64,000 nucleotides of DNA. Origin: Macrostomum lignano. Lineage: Eukaryota. Location: contig NIVC01002152.1 of NCBI GenBank assembly GCA_002269645.1, positions 62,001 to 126,000 on the forward strand, given 5' to 3'. Made by a program: the position numbers and the translations under genes. Below the pieces are notes generated by a model. That model did not search any database. It saw only the letters and a program-made list of their open reading frames with translations, and was not told the DNA's origin. How positions within the stretch are numbered: the first letter of the stretch is position 1; every line of letters starts with the position of its first letter. Shown piece by piece: positions 1 through 12,205 of this stretch.

Positions 1-538
1 GCTGGCCAGGACCCCGGAGGGCCTCTCAAAGCTGTGGTTGTCAGGACCAACCCAAATATGCTCTGTAGCTGCAGTCGGCTTCCTGTAGGAGGTATGGGAG
101 AGGATTTTCTAGGGAAGGACAGTGAGCATGCAGTGGACGGTTGCCTGTACTCAAAATGGGGTTGCAGTCAATGGCAGCTCTTTAACGACTCCCCCAAGCT
201 GATTGCTGCGGACTGTAGGGCGAGGGAAAGAGTCCTTCACACACCAATGATCCCCTCGCGTGGCAACGCCAATTCTGAGCTGAACAGAAGTACATGCATG
301 CACTCTCCTCTCTCTCTCTACCACCTATGCGACAGTTTCTCTCCCCCACTTTCCTCCCTCTCGCCCACCGTATCCAAGCCCTTTGCATCAGCCATTGCGC
401 CAATACTAGCTATAGTTCCACAATAAAGAGCCGCTTCTGAGAAGCGATTGAATGGACTGGCTGGTGCCGGAGTTAGAACCTAGATTTCTTCATTTTCGAT
501 CTGCGATCGCCTAAACTGAACCTTAACCTAAAAGCGAC

Positions 539-3500
539 ATGTCGGCCACTATTTCGACAATGCCGTCGCCAGCGACTAACACGACGGAACAGGACAAGTA
601 CAGCCGGCTGACTGTGCCCTCCTTCTCCATTCAGTGGGCCGTGGCGTTGTGTACATGCAACTTTATTGTGCCTGGCTTGGGTGAGTCCATATATGAGTGT
701 CTGAAGAAGCATGTAGTGCAGGGTCCTGACATAGCTGCACTGTGCAATGTGCTGTCATTGCTGCAGGGTCCTGACATAGCTGCACTGTACAATGTGCTGT
801 CATTGCTGCAGGGTCCTGACATAGCTGCACTGTGCAATGTGCTGTCATTGCTGCAGGGTCCTGACAGAGCTGCACTGTGCAATGTGCTGTCATTGCTGCA
901 GGGTCCTGACATAGCTGCACTGTGCAATGTGCTGTCATTGCTGCAGGGTCCTGACATAGCTTCTCAACGCAGGATTCTTGGGAAAAATTTTAGCATTTTT
1001 TATAGCTGAGCAACTGTTTAAAAGTGCAATCATGTTTATCCTTAATTTAGGCACTCTGATGGCCGGGCTCTCTCTGTGCTGCCCGTGCAGCAATAGGAAA
1101 GATTTCGACTGTCGGGACACCTGCTGCTCCGCCTGCATCCAGCTGGGCATCGCCCTGATGCAGCTCCTGCTGACTCCCGTGTGCCTCGTTGGCTGGATTT
1201 GGAGCTGCGTTTGGGGCTTTGCTTTTATCGGACAGTCTGGTGAGTTTCAAGTGTCGCCTTGGTACACGCGAATCATTTTACAGCCTCATTTGACCCCAAT
1301 AGGTTTGGGGCTCAGATTTCCACATGGCGTTGAACTCAGATACTAGCAAACGACATTGTGAGGTTGTTTGGTCCTATATAAAACCGGATGTCATTTGGTT
1401 AGCTGAAGAACCCAGATGTCAATTGGTTAACTGAAGAACCCAGATGTCAATTGGTTAACTGAAGAACCCGGATGTCATTTGGTTAGCTGAAGAACCCGGA
1501 TGTCATTTGGTTAGCTGAAGAACCCGGATGTCATTTGGTTAACTGAAGAACCCGGATGTCATTTGGTTAACTGAAGAACCCGGATGTCATTTGGTTAGCT
1601 GAAGAACCCGGATGTCATTTGGTTAGCTGAAGAACCCAGATGTCATTTTGTTAGCTGAAGAACCCAGATGTCATTTGTTAACTGAAGAACCCAGATGTCA
1701 ATTGGTTAACTGAAGAACCCAGATGTCAATTGGTTAACTGAAGAACCCGGATGTCATTTGGTTAGCTGAAGAACCCGGATGTCATTTGGTTAGCTGAAGA
1801 ACCCGGATGTAATTTGGTTAGCTGAAGAACCCGGATGTCATTTTGTTAGCTGAAGAACCCGGATGCCATTTGGTTAGCTTAAGAACCCGGGTGTCATTTA
1901 GTCAGTAGTTCTAGAGTAGTTCTAGTTCATGTAGTTCTAGAAGCAGGATATCGTTTGGCTATTTAGTTAAACCAAAGTGTTGATTTTCTAGTAGGATCAG
2001 GATACTAAAATTGGCATCGACGACAGTCCAGTGTCTCGACTAGCATTGTTACAATTTCAACTGAGTCGCCCTTTACTGAACCGACGCTCATGCATGGTTA
2101 TGAGTAACTATAATTATACGAGTAGTATGGGGCCTGCAATTAGCTATAAGTCTAGTAAGACAGGGTTTGGCAGGGTGCTGATCAAATATTTGCCCCACTT
2201 GCATGAATAAGTAGAGCGGATTTGCTCAAAGCTGACAGAACCAATCTCCTGTAGATCTATCGAATAATGTAAAGCAAATGTTACCAAATATGAAATTATG
2301 ATTCTAATTATGATGATGTGAGGATGATTAAAAGCTTTTGGTATGCCCCTGCTGCGGTAACTTTTATTGATAACGGAGGACCAACAATTCCCTTGGTTAA
2401 CATGCCAGTTCAAAGAGAGCTGAGGGCGACCCGCGATGCACCGAACAACCAGCTGAGACTGACGCGGGCCTCCGACATCAGACACCAGAGCTTGAATTGT
2501 TTAATTTTTACAGCCGATCAAAGTCCCGTGTTTCTCTTCTTAAGGCAAGCTGCCGTTATCATGATCAGGATATTATTTCCCGTATCTAAGGGAAACCCCA
2601 ATCAGCGTAACCGGAAGCTCAGCAGGAGGGTTAGAGAGCATTGCCTAAAATAAAAATGCCCGTCATGGGCATCAAACTTTTGAAAAGGTTTTGTTGTCAT
2701 AGGCAACATGCCCGTTTTTCAAACCTCCAGTCCTGAAGCAATCAAAAGCCAATTAAAGCATTCATAGAGATCCATTCCGACGAGGGTAGCAAAATGACGG
2801 GCGTCTGAGTCTCGAATTGATTACATCAATACCATTTTAGTGCAGAAAAAAGCATCCTTGATAGTGCTCTATCGTAGGGTCAAAGTAAGTACTTTAGCAA
2901 GCTGCGTAGCCACAGCGAAGCATTCAGTGTAATTCAATTTTTATAAACTATTAGAACACAAGTTGAGTTTTAAAATGAAGCATCACACAAGGTGGTTGTA
3001 AGCCGAGCGGTTAGAGCGTCCGATTAACTACCGAATAGTCGGGGGTTCGATTCTCGACCCACTCGGAAAAATTTGTGCCCTTGAGCAAGACACTTAACTC
3101 TGCATTGCTTCAGTTCACCCAGCTGAAAATGGGTGCCAGCAATTTCTGGGGTAATTGAGGGTGGCGACTTCCCAGTCCTTGGACTGAACAGCCGTAGCTG
3201 TCGGTTGCACACCTGGCCATACAGGGCAGGTGTGATAAAAAATCACACAAGAAAATCGGTAGAGAATTGCCATAGATATCGAAGCCGTGAACTTGAACCC
3301 AACCTCGTAGGCCTGGGGTCTGCGATTCCCGCCTACATATATGGGGCTAACCTACTAGCCAGTGTTCACGTGCATGTGACTATGAGAAAGCCAGGACCAA
3401 GCGCGCCTGCGTACATGTAGGTATCAGTGCGCTTGTGCGCGCTCCACAGACTGCCGGCCTCCTCGCTGGCTGCGGTTGCTTAAAACCTTCCCGCAAACTG

Positions 3501-3871
3501 ACTAGTGCCCTAACCCATCATGCTTCTATATAGGTCACGAGCGGCGCCGGGTCAACGCGACTGGCCGCGTCGACGGTGCCAATTCGGGCGTTGTTGTCGT
3601 AGCAACCAGCCAGCCGCAGTCGGGCATGCAGGCGGTGGGTGGCAGCAGCGGCTATTTGAACTACGCATTCCACTTCAAGGCGCCGGTCACGGTGCACCCG
3701 TACGGGCCGCCGCCAGCTTACACCGCCGAGGCACCGCCGCCGCCGTACTGCGAGGCCGCCGCCGAACAGGCGTCGACTTCGGGAGTAGCGACGGCAACGG
3801 CGTCGGCGATGGTGCAGCAGCAGCAGCCACGGTCAGCAGCCTCCATGGAGCCATCGGCGCCGGAAATTTGA
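539..3871 (+). CDS. SPEC3/Stum-family small Cys-rich membrane protein, 3 exons, ~222 aa
   Basis: Exons 539-680 (G|GTGAGT), 1051-1239 (TTTAG| ... G|GTGAGT) and 3534-3871 (TATAG|) join in phase 1/1 to 669 nt. The protein has the family pattern CNFIVPGLGTLMAG...QLLLTPVCLVGWIWSCVWG, followed by a Pro/Ala-rich tail with PPAY, PPPY and PSAP. Confidence 0.85.
717..961. repeat. 45-bp minisatellite (~5.4 copies) in SPEC3-like intron 1
   Basis: Unit GCAGGGTCCTGACATAGCTGCACTGTGCAATGTGCTGTCATTGCT. Confidence 0.95.
1384..1897. repeat. 28-bp minisatellite (~18 copies) in SPEC3-like intron 2
   Basis: Unit GGTTAGCTGAAGAACCCGGATGTCATTT. Confidence 0.95.
2992..3241 (+). mobile_element. tRNA-derived SINE with CORE-like central domain and 10-bp target-site duplication
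   Basis: A-box-like AGCCGAGCGG (~3001-3010) and B box GGTTCGATTC (3044-3053). The central segment TGTGCCCTTGAGCAAGACACTTAACTC...CTGAAAATGGG resembles the MIR CORE. There is a 3' hairpin CACACCTG/CAGGTGTG. Direct repeat ATCACACAAG at 2982-2991 and 3242-3251. Confidence 0.8.
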
Positions 3872-4013
3872 GTTATTAGCGGAACAGCCAAATTATTAGC
3901 GACTGTGAATCTCTTGACTTGTAGCTGGCGATCCGTCATTGCTCAGATTGAATGTACAGACGGTAGGGACTTTATATATATAGTTGCCACACTTGTGCTT
4001 GTACAATCTATCA

Positions 4014-4657
4014 GATATGGGTGTTCAAACAGGTGGATATAGGTGTTCAGACAGGTGGATATGGGTGTTCAGACAGGTGGATATGGATGTTCAAACAGGT
4101 GGATATGGGTGTTCAGACAGGTAGATATGGGTGTTCAGACAGGTGGATATGGGTGTTCAGACAGGTAGATATGGGTGTTCAAACAGGTAGATATGGGTGT
4201 TCAGACAGGTGGATATGGGTGTTCAAACAGGTGGATATGGGTGTTCAGACAGGTAGATATGGGTGTTCAGACAGGTGGATATGGGTGTTCAAACAGGTGG
4301 ATATGGGTGTTCAGACAGGTAGATATGGGTGTTCAGACAGGTGGATATGGATGTTCAAACAGGTGGATATGGGTGTTCAGACAGGTAGATATGGGTGTTC
4401 AGACAGGTGGATATGGGTGTTCAGACAGGTAGATATGGGTGTTCAAACAGGTAGATATGGGTGTTCAGACAGGTGGATATGGGTGTTCAAACAGGTGGAT
4501 ATGGGTGTTCAGACAGGTAGATATGGGTGTTCAGACAGGTGGATATGGGTGTTCAAACAGGTGGATATGGGTGTTCAGACAGGTAGATATGGGTGTTCAG
4601 ACAGGTGGATATGGGTGTTCAAACAGGTGGATATGGGTGTTCAGACAGGCAGATATA
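4014..4657. repeat. 22-bp minisatellite downstream of the SPEC3-like stop, with 264-bp higher-order block
   Basis: Unit GGGTGTTCAGACAGGTGGATAT; identical repeat ORF starts at 4175 and 4439 (offset 264 = 12 units). Confidence 0.95.
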
Positions 4658-5189
4658 TGTACAAAATATTGCACTCCGTGTCTAACAGGTGAAAATTCAT
4701 CAAGGTTTTACTAATAATCTACCAATCAGTTTTCACTTGCACTCTCAGACATGTACTTTAACACTGCGGTCAATACTACATGTACTCCTAGCATGAGGCT
4801 CTCTTGCACTTTTAATTGATAACTAATTAATCGATTTTTGTCATGTATAAAACTCAGAGCGAAAGGTCACACACAGATTTGCGCTCGCGGCCTATCTATC
4901 AATAATTTAGACAGGTAGTTTATTTTCACAAAGCTAAATTAATAAACCTAATGAGCAAATCGTTTCGGGCAGTTATCTACCGAAAATTAATTTGACAGGA
5001 AACAGGATCGTTATTCTATGCACAAACTGACAGATAGTGAAGTAGCATTGTAGACACGATTTAGTTTACAATCTAAATTTATAATAACTTTTTATTTTTT
5101 ACAGAAAAGCGCAAAGCAAGCACTAGACAAAATATGTTCGGTAACAATACATGAGATAATACATTAACAGCTTTGATTGAGGTTAGAGT

Positions 5190-6405
5190 GGGGAATCTGA
5201 GGATGAGGTGGAGTCAGAGTGGAGGATCTGAGGAAGGATGAGGTGGAGTCAGAGTGGAGGATCTGAGGATGAGGTGGTGTCAGAGTGGAGGATCTGAGGA
5301 TGAGGTGGAGTCAGAGTGGAGGATCTGAGGATGAGGTGGAGTCAGAGTGGAGGATCTGAGGATGAGGTGGAGTCAGAGTGGAGGATCTGAGGATGAGGTG
5401 GAGTCAGAGTGGAGGATCTGAGGATGAGGTGGAGTCAGAGTGGAGGATCTGAGGATGAGGTGGAGTCAGAGTGGAGGATCTGAGGATGAGGTGGTGTCAG
5501 AGTGGAGGATCTGAGGCAGGATGGGGTGGTGTCAGAGTGGAGGATCTGAGGATGAGGTGGAGTCAGAGTGGAGGATCTGAGGATGAGGTGGAGTCAGAGT
5601 GGAGGATCTGAGGATGAGGTGGAGTCAGAGTGGAGGATCTGAGGCAGGATGGGGTGGTGTCAGAGTGGAGGATCTGAGGCAGGATGGGGTGGTGTCAGGG
5701 TGGAGGATCTGAGGCAGGATGGGGTGGTGTCAGAGTGGAGGATCTGAGGATGAGGTGGAGTCAGAGTGGAGGATCTGAGGATGAAGTGGAGTCAGAGTGG
5801 AGGATCTGAGGATGAGGTGGAGTCAGAGTGGAGGATCTGAGGATGAGGTGGAGTCAGAGTGGAGGATCTGAGGATGAGGTGGAGTCAGAGTGGAGGATCT
5901 GAGGATGAGGTGGAGTCAGAGTGGAGGATCTGAGGATGAGGTGGAGTCAGAGTGGAGGATCTGAGGCAGGATGGGGTGGTGTCAGGGTGGAGGATCTGAG
6001 GCAGGATGGGGTGGTGTCAGGGTGGAGGATCTGAGGCAGGATGGGGTGGTGTCAGGGTGGAGGATCTGAGGCAGGATGGGGTGGTGTCAGAGTGGAGGAT
6101 CTGAGGCAGGATGGGGTGGTGTCAGAGTGGAGGATCTGAGGCAGGATGGGGTGGTGTCAGAGTGGAGGATCTGAGGCAGGATGGGGTGGTGTCAGAGTGG
6201 AGGATCTGAGGATGAGGTGGAGTCAGAGTGGAGGATCTGAGGCAGGATGGGGTGGTGTCAGAGTGGAGGATCTGAGGCAGGATGGGGTGGTGTCAGAGTG
6301 GAGGATCTGAGGATGAGGTGGAGTCAGAGTGGAGGATCTGAGGCAGGATGGGGTGGTGTCAGGGTGGAGGATCTGAGGCAGGATGGGGTGGTGTCAGGGT
6401 GGAGG
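5190..6405. repeat. 31/35-bp purine-rich minisatellite
   Basis: Units GAGGATGAGGTGGAGTCAGAGTGGAGGATCT and GAGGCAGGATGGGGTGGTGTCAGAGTGGAGGATCT interspersed. Confidence 0.95.
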
Positions 6406-6769
6406 AAAAACTAACAACCGTGAACGGTGAATTAACTGCGACAAGGACACAGAAGCCTCCGCAAGTGCATTGGCAGGTATGCTCTGCTTTGACAACAATA
6501 ATACAAAATTCGAAGGGCTCAATGCGATCAACCAGAATAACAAAAAATTCTGGCGTTGGAATGTGCGTAACTAGAAGGAATTTACTAATACTTAGCACTG
6601 AGTATTTAGCACTGAGGGCAAGACATGATTATAAAAGCAAAGGCCTTGTAGCAAACGAGAGCAAGGCATATTGATGTAGGAAAATTTGCAGCTAGCAACA
6701 GTGTCATGAATAAGACCATGTGTACCATGTGTATAAATGTCCATATGTTTACATTTCAATCTGTCTTGG

Positions 6770-7245
6770 TGTCCGTGTGTCAAAATTTCCATGTGTCTAA
6801 ATGTCCGTGTGTCAAAATTTCCATGTGTCTAAATGTCCGTGTGTCAAAATGTCCGTGTGTCTAAATGTCCGTGTGTCTAAATGTCCATGTGTCTAAATGT
6901 CCGTGTGTCTAAATGTCCATGTGTCTAAATGTCCGTGTGTCTAAATGTCCGTGTGTCTAAATGTCCATGTGTCTAAATGTCCGTGTGTCTAAATGTCCGT
7001 GTGTCTAAATGTCCATGTGTCTAAATGTCCGTGTGTCTAAATGTCCGTGTGTCTAAATGTCCGTGTGTCTAAATGTCCGTGTGTCTAAATGTCCGTGTGT
7101 CTAAATGTCCGTGTGTCTAAATGTCCGTGTGTCTAAATGTCCGTGTGTCTAAATGTCCATGTGTCTAAATGTCCGTGTGTCTAAATTTCAATGTTTCTTA
7201 GTGTCCATGAGTTAAAATGTCCGTGTGTCTAAATGTCCGTGTCTT
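6770..7245. repeat. 16-bp minisatellite
   Basis: Unit AAATGTCCGTGTGTCT. Confidence 0.93.
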
Positions 7246-7699
7246 TTGGTGTCAATCTACCTTAGCAGCTGATTTAATACTTAGTTCAGATTTTAGCCAG
7301 CCTGGATGTAAAGCAGAAAAGCGATAAACTTCAATATTAATACACTCGCACGGTGGCTACTGTTAGTAGTAGTCCAATTGGACGCAGACAGTTGCGAGTG
7401 CAGATAAAAACGAGCATGACATGCATAATGCGATGGAATCTGGACTGTAATGAAACTGTAGCTACGCAATCAAGCAGTTCCCAGGGACAGAAGCTTACAC
7501 ATCATTAGCTTACAATAGAGATTCAATGTGCAAAAAAATAACATGTGCAGACACTGACTGGATATTCTTGATCGAAAGTTCTTTTTCGTAAATATTAATT
7601 CGATAATTTTTTTGAAAGAGACATACGAGAAGAGAAGATTAAAGACAAGAGAAGCAGGTAAATACAGGAGACAACATCAAAGACATGTAAAGCAAAGAA

Positions 7700-8832
7700 T
7701 ACCATAGTAACCTACGCAATCATAGTTAGCCATAATAACCTACGCGTCTATAGTAACCATAGTAAACTACGTGGTCATAGTAACGATAGTAACCATAGTA
7801 AACTACATGATAATAGTAACCATAGTAACTATAGTAACCTACGCGTCTATAGTAACCAACGCGTCTATAGTTACCATAGTAACCTACGCGTCTATAGTTA
7901 CCATAGTAACCTACGCGTCTATAGTTACTATAGTAACCTACGGGTCTATAGTTACCATAGTAACCTACGCGTCTATAGTTAACATAGTAACCTACGCGTC
8001 TATAGTAACCATAGTAAACTACGTGGTCATAGTAACGATAGTAACGATAGTAAACTACATCATAATAGTAACCATACTAACTATAGTAACCTACGCGTCT
8101 ATAGTAACCTACGCGTCTATAGTAACCAACGCGTCTATAGTTACCATAGTAACCTACGCGTCTATATAGTTACCATAGTAACCTACGCATCTATAGTAAC
8201 CTACGCGTCTATAGTTACCATAGTAACCTACGCGTCTATAGTTACTATAGTAACCTACGCGTCTATAGTTACCATAGTAACCTACGCGTCTATAGTAACC
8301 TACGCGTCTATAGTTACCATAGTAACCTACGCGTCTATAGTTACCATAGTAACCTACACGACTATAACCTACGCGTCTATATAGTTACCATAGTAACCTA
8401 CGCGTCTATAGTAACCTACGCGTCTATAGTTACCATAGTAACCTACGCGTCTATAGTTACTATAGTAACCTACGCGTCTATAGTTACCATAGTAACCTAC
8501 GCGTCTATAGTAACCTACGCGTCTATAGTAACCTACGCGTCTATAGTTACCATAGTAACCTACGCGTCTATAGTTACCATAGTAACCTACGCGTCTATAG
8601 TTGCCATAGTAACCTACGCGTCTATAGTTACCATAGTAACCTACACGACTATAACCTACGCGTCTATAGTTACCATAGTAACCTACGCGTCTATAGTAAC
8701 CTACGCGTCTATAGTTACCATAGTAACCTACACGACTATAACCTACGCGTCTATAGTTACCAAAGTAACCTACGCGTCTATAGTAACCTACGCGTCTATA
8801 GTTACCATAGTAACCTACGCGTCCATAGTAAC
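7700..8832. repeat. 27/18-bp minisatellite abutting and overlapping the NR-A stop codon
   Basis: Units CATAGTAACCTACGCGTCTATAGTTAC and TATAGTAACCTACGCGTC; degenerates towards 7700. Confidence 0.95.
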
Positions 8833-10270
8833 CAAAGACGGCTCGCTGTTAACGGAAGATTGCAGCATCTCAGAGAAAAGCTGCGGCATTCTAATGGCCT
8901 GCCTATCAAAATAGGAGGACCAGAAGCCCAAACAGAATAATCGAATCGAGTTGATGCGGCCTGACAGAGCCATCAATTTGCCGCGGCGGACAACATCCGG
9001 ACAGATTCGGCGAAGCTCTCTAAGAAAAGTCGACTGCAACTTGTCGATTTCGTCCGGATTGTCGAAATGCTGGCCTGGCGGGCACTGCAACATAAAGATT
9101 GCTTTTAGCAGCAGGAATTCGATGCGACTGACGTTCCACTCGGTGAGCAGTCGAGCTGTCAATCGAATCTGCTGGCTGGCACGCATGGCCAGGCTGCTGT
9201 TGAACGCGCTCACCCGGCCTGGGGGCACGCAGACGTTGGCCGCAAAGTACAGCAGGCCGGTGAAGGGCACCGAGTTCATGGACAGCTCGAATGAGACCAG
9301 ACCGGCCCAGTGGGCCTGCAACAGGCGGATGCGGTCGGGCATGGCGACCCGGCTGAAGCCCGGCAGGTCTTTGGCGAACTGTACCAGCCTGGCCGAGTGG
9401 GCATCCAGACAGGGCAGGACAATCACGGCCAGTTCGCGCGGCTCCACGGAGAGGAAATCTTCGCCCATTGTTGATGTTTCCATTGAGAACTGGGGCCTGT
9501 CCATGGAGCGGATGGTCTGCAACCGACGGTGAGGCGATGCAGATATTCAAGTTACTGAGAGGCATTCACAACGGTTGCTGAGCTTCTAGAGGTGTGGGGA
9601 GGCCGGGTGTTGGCAGAGCAGCGTCTGAATCTTGCGCCGCGAACCCTGGTTCGATTCCGTGCGTTACATCACAGCCATGAGGGCCAACCCCTCAAAAGAC
9701 GATTAGAAAGTCAAGGGGCCGATGTACACCTGTGTGAGCTGTGTATGAGTGCGTGACTGCGTACAGTATTGGTGCGCTTGTATGTTGCTCAGGAGTCTGC
9801 GGAATGGCCAGAATTGCTATCAGCGCTGGTTGTAAAATATGAATTCAGGAACAGGTACAGAGGCTCAAGAGGGTGCGGGCAGACATACGCGGAGCTCCTT
9901 ACTTTGCACAGTTCGCTTTCGACTTCTCCAGCAGACGGTGAGGCTGTGCGCGGCGTGTCAGCGCTGGAATTCGTTGAAGCTGCCGGACCAGAAGCTGCTT
10001 GATTCGCCGCGGCGGCGGCTCGAGCGGCGGCTCTGGCAGCGGCCCTGGCGGCTGAGGCCTCAGCCCGGTGCAGCCGGGGGTATCGCTCCGACTCGGTGCC
10101 AGGAGCTACGGTGCGCAGCATGCCCGGCTGCATCCCGGACATGAGGCAGCGGCGCCACCGGCAGGCGGGGCACTGCTTCCGGCTGGCGTTGTTCACCGGA
10201 CACAGCGGTGACTGCTGTTTAGGGTCCTGGATTGGGGGACGGGCGGGGACTGTGCTGCGGCTGAGGCTGT

Positions 10271-10362
<92 letters not shown>

Positions 10363-10375
10363 CACAGACAGACAC

Positions 10376-10444
<69 letters not shown>

Positions 10445-10595
10445 AAGACGGGCAGACACACAGACAGACAGACACTAAGACAGACAGACACACAGACAGA
10501 TACACAGACAGACAGACAGACACACAGACAGACAGACAGACAGGCAGACAGACAGACAGACAGACAGATAGGCAGACAGACACACAGACAGATAC

Positions 10596-10666
<71 letters not shown>

Positions 10667-10787
10667 CACAGACACACACACAGACAGACACACAGACAGA
10701 CACACAGACAGACACACACACAGACAGACAGACACACAGACAGACACACACACAGACAGACAGACAGACACACAGACAGACACACAC

Positions 10788-10818
<31 letters not shown>

Positions 10819-11261
10819 CACAGACAGACACACAGACAGACACACACACAGACAGACAGACACACAGACAGACACACACACAGACACACAGACAGACACA
10901 CAGACAGACACACACACAGACAGACAGACACACAGACAGACACACACACAGACAGACAGACAGACACACAGACAGACACACACACAGACAGACAGACAGA
11001 CAGACAGACAGGCAGACAGACAGACACACAGACAGATGCATAGCAAGTCAATCCTCTCACCTGCAGAAACGGCTGGTACTGGCCGTCGGTACTGCTAGCG
11101 CACAGGTAAGTCAGGCAGGAGTGCACAGTCCGCTTAAAGAAAGCTTTACAAGCATTGCACGTAGCGGCTCCGTAGTGCACGCCGGTGGCGGTCAGGCCAC
11201 AGACGGCGCACAAACCGACGCCAGAAAATTGAGGGTTCAGTGGGTCGGAGTAGTCGGTCAT
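8815..11261 (-). CDS. Nuclear receptor NR-A, divergent ERR/NR3-like (C4 zinc-finger DBD + LBD), 3 exons, ~408 aa
   Basis: Exons 11261-11061 (CAG|GTGAGA), 10226-9903 (ATCCAG| ... AAA|GTAAGG) and 9516-8815 (TTGCAG|), all phase 0. DBD CAVC...[11 protein letters not shown]...[12 protein letters not shown] signature [31 protein letters not shown]-2 QLFSEML. The start ATG is the first in-frame Met; an upstream exon cannot be excluded. The exon-2 acceptor is the best in-frame candidate. Confidence 0.85.
10271..11036. repeat. (GACA)n/(CA)n compound microsatellite filling NR-A intron 1
   Basis: Continuous GACA/CACA tract. Confidence 0.97.
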
Positions 11262-11504
11262 GAGGAAGTGTTGGGACTCAGTCTGCGGCAACCTTTGCCT
11301 GTAGCTGCAAGATGGCTGTTACTGTCTGCGTCGACGTTGCTGGCTCTGAAGTCATAATTTGATTTCGAAGATTTAGCTAAATAAAAGTTTTCGTTTTTAG
11401 TATATCTGACTTAAGCTTTAAATTTTAGGCGCTTAGACTAAGGATTTACAAAAAAAACCTAACACACCACTTAGATACATCCCAATCTCAAACATCTTAA
11501 CTCA

Positions 11505-12205
11505 CCTTCCCCTCACCAATGTACACATAATCAAACCCTTCACTATATCCCAGTCAATTTACACACGCTCAAACCCTTCCCCAACCCCACCAACGTACAC
11601 GCTCAAAACCTTCACTACACCAGCCAATGTACACCCGCTCAAGTCCTTCACTATCCCAGCCAATGTACACCCGCTCAAGTCCTTCACTATCCCAGCCAAT
11701 GTACACCCGCTCAAGTCCTTCACTATCCCAGCCAATGTACACCCGCTCAAACCATTCACTGCCGCAGCCAATGTACACCCGCTCAAACCATTCACTGCCC
11801 CAGCCAATGTACACCCGCTCAAACCATTCACTGCCCCAGCCAATGTACACCCGCTCAAACCATTCACTGCCCCAGTCAATGTACACCCGCTCATCAAACA
11901 CTTCACTGCCCCAGCCAATGCACACCCGGTCATCAAACACTTCACTGCCCCAGCCAATGCACACCCGCTCATCAAACACTTCACTGCCCCAGCCAATGCA
12001 CACCCGCTCATCAAACACTTCACTGCCCCAGCCAATGCACACCCGCTCATCAAACACTTCACTGCCCCAGCCAATGCACACCCGCTCATCAAACACTTCA
12101 CTACCCCAGCCAATGCACACCCGCTCATCAAACACTTCACTGCCCCAGCCAATGCACACCCGCTCATCAAACACTTCACTACCCCAGCCAATGCACAGAC
12201 GCTTC
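11505..12205. repeat. 36/39-bp minisatellite (AATGTACAC family)
   Basis: Unit CCCAGCCAATGTACACCCGCTCAAGTCCTTCACTAT plus a 39-bp variant. Confidence 0.93.

Noticed and set aside
34-446. ORF 34-426, AATAAA at 422 and the palindrome CGCTTCT-G-AGAAGCG at 432-446
   Set aside because: No recognisable protein. It may be a retroelement fragment or promoter element, but the sequence alone cannot support a call.
2992-3065. Possible tRNA gene
   Set aside because: A and B boxes are present but the cloverleaf is not convincing, and the sequence continues into a SINE body flanked by a TSD.
8951-9565. Overlapping ORFs 8951-9532 (+) and 9020-9565 (-), and similar shadow ORFs over other GC-rich exons
   Set aside because: Antisense or alternative-frame shadows of GC-rich coding exons with no recognisable domain.
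9789-11291. 500-aa ORF taken as a single-exon protein
   Set aside because: It contains consensus donor and acceptor sites around the microsatellite and a GTAAGG donor before the LBD exon; the spliced model matches the paralogues. Retention is kept as a separate finding.
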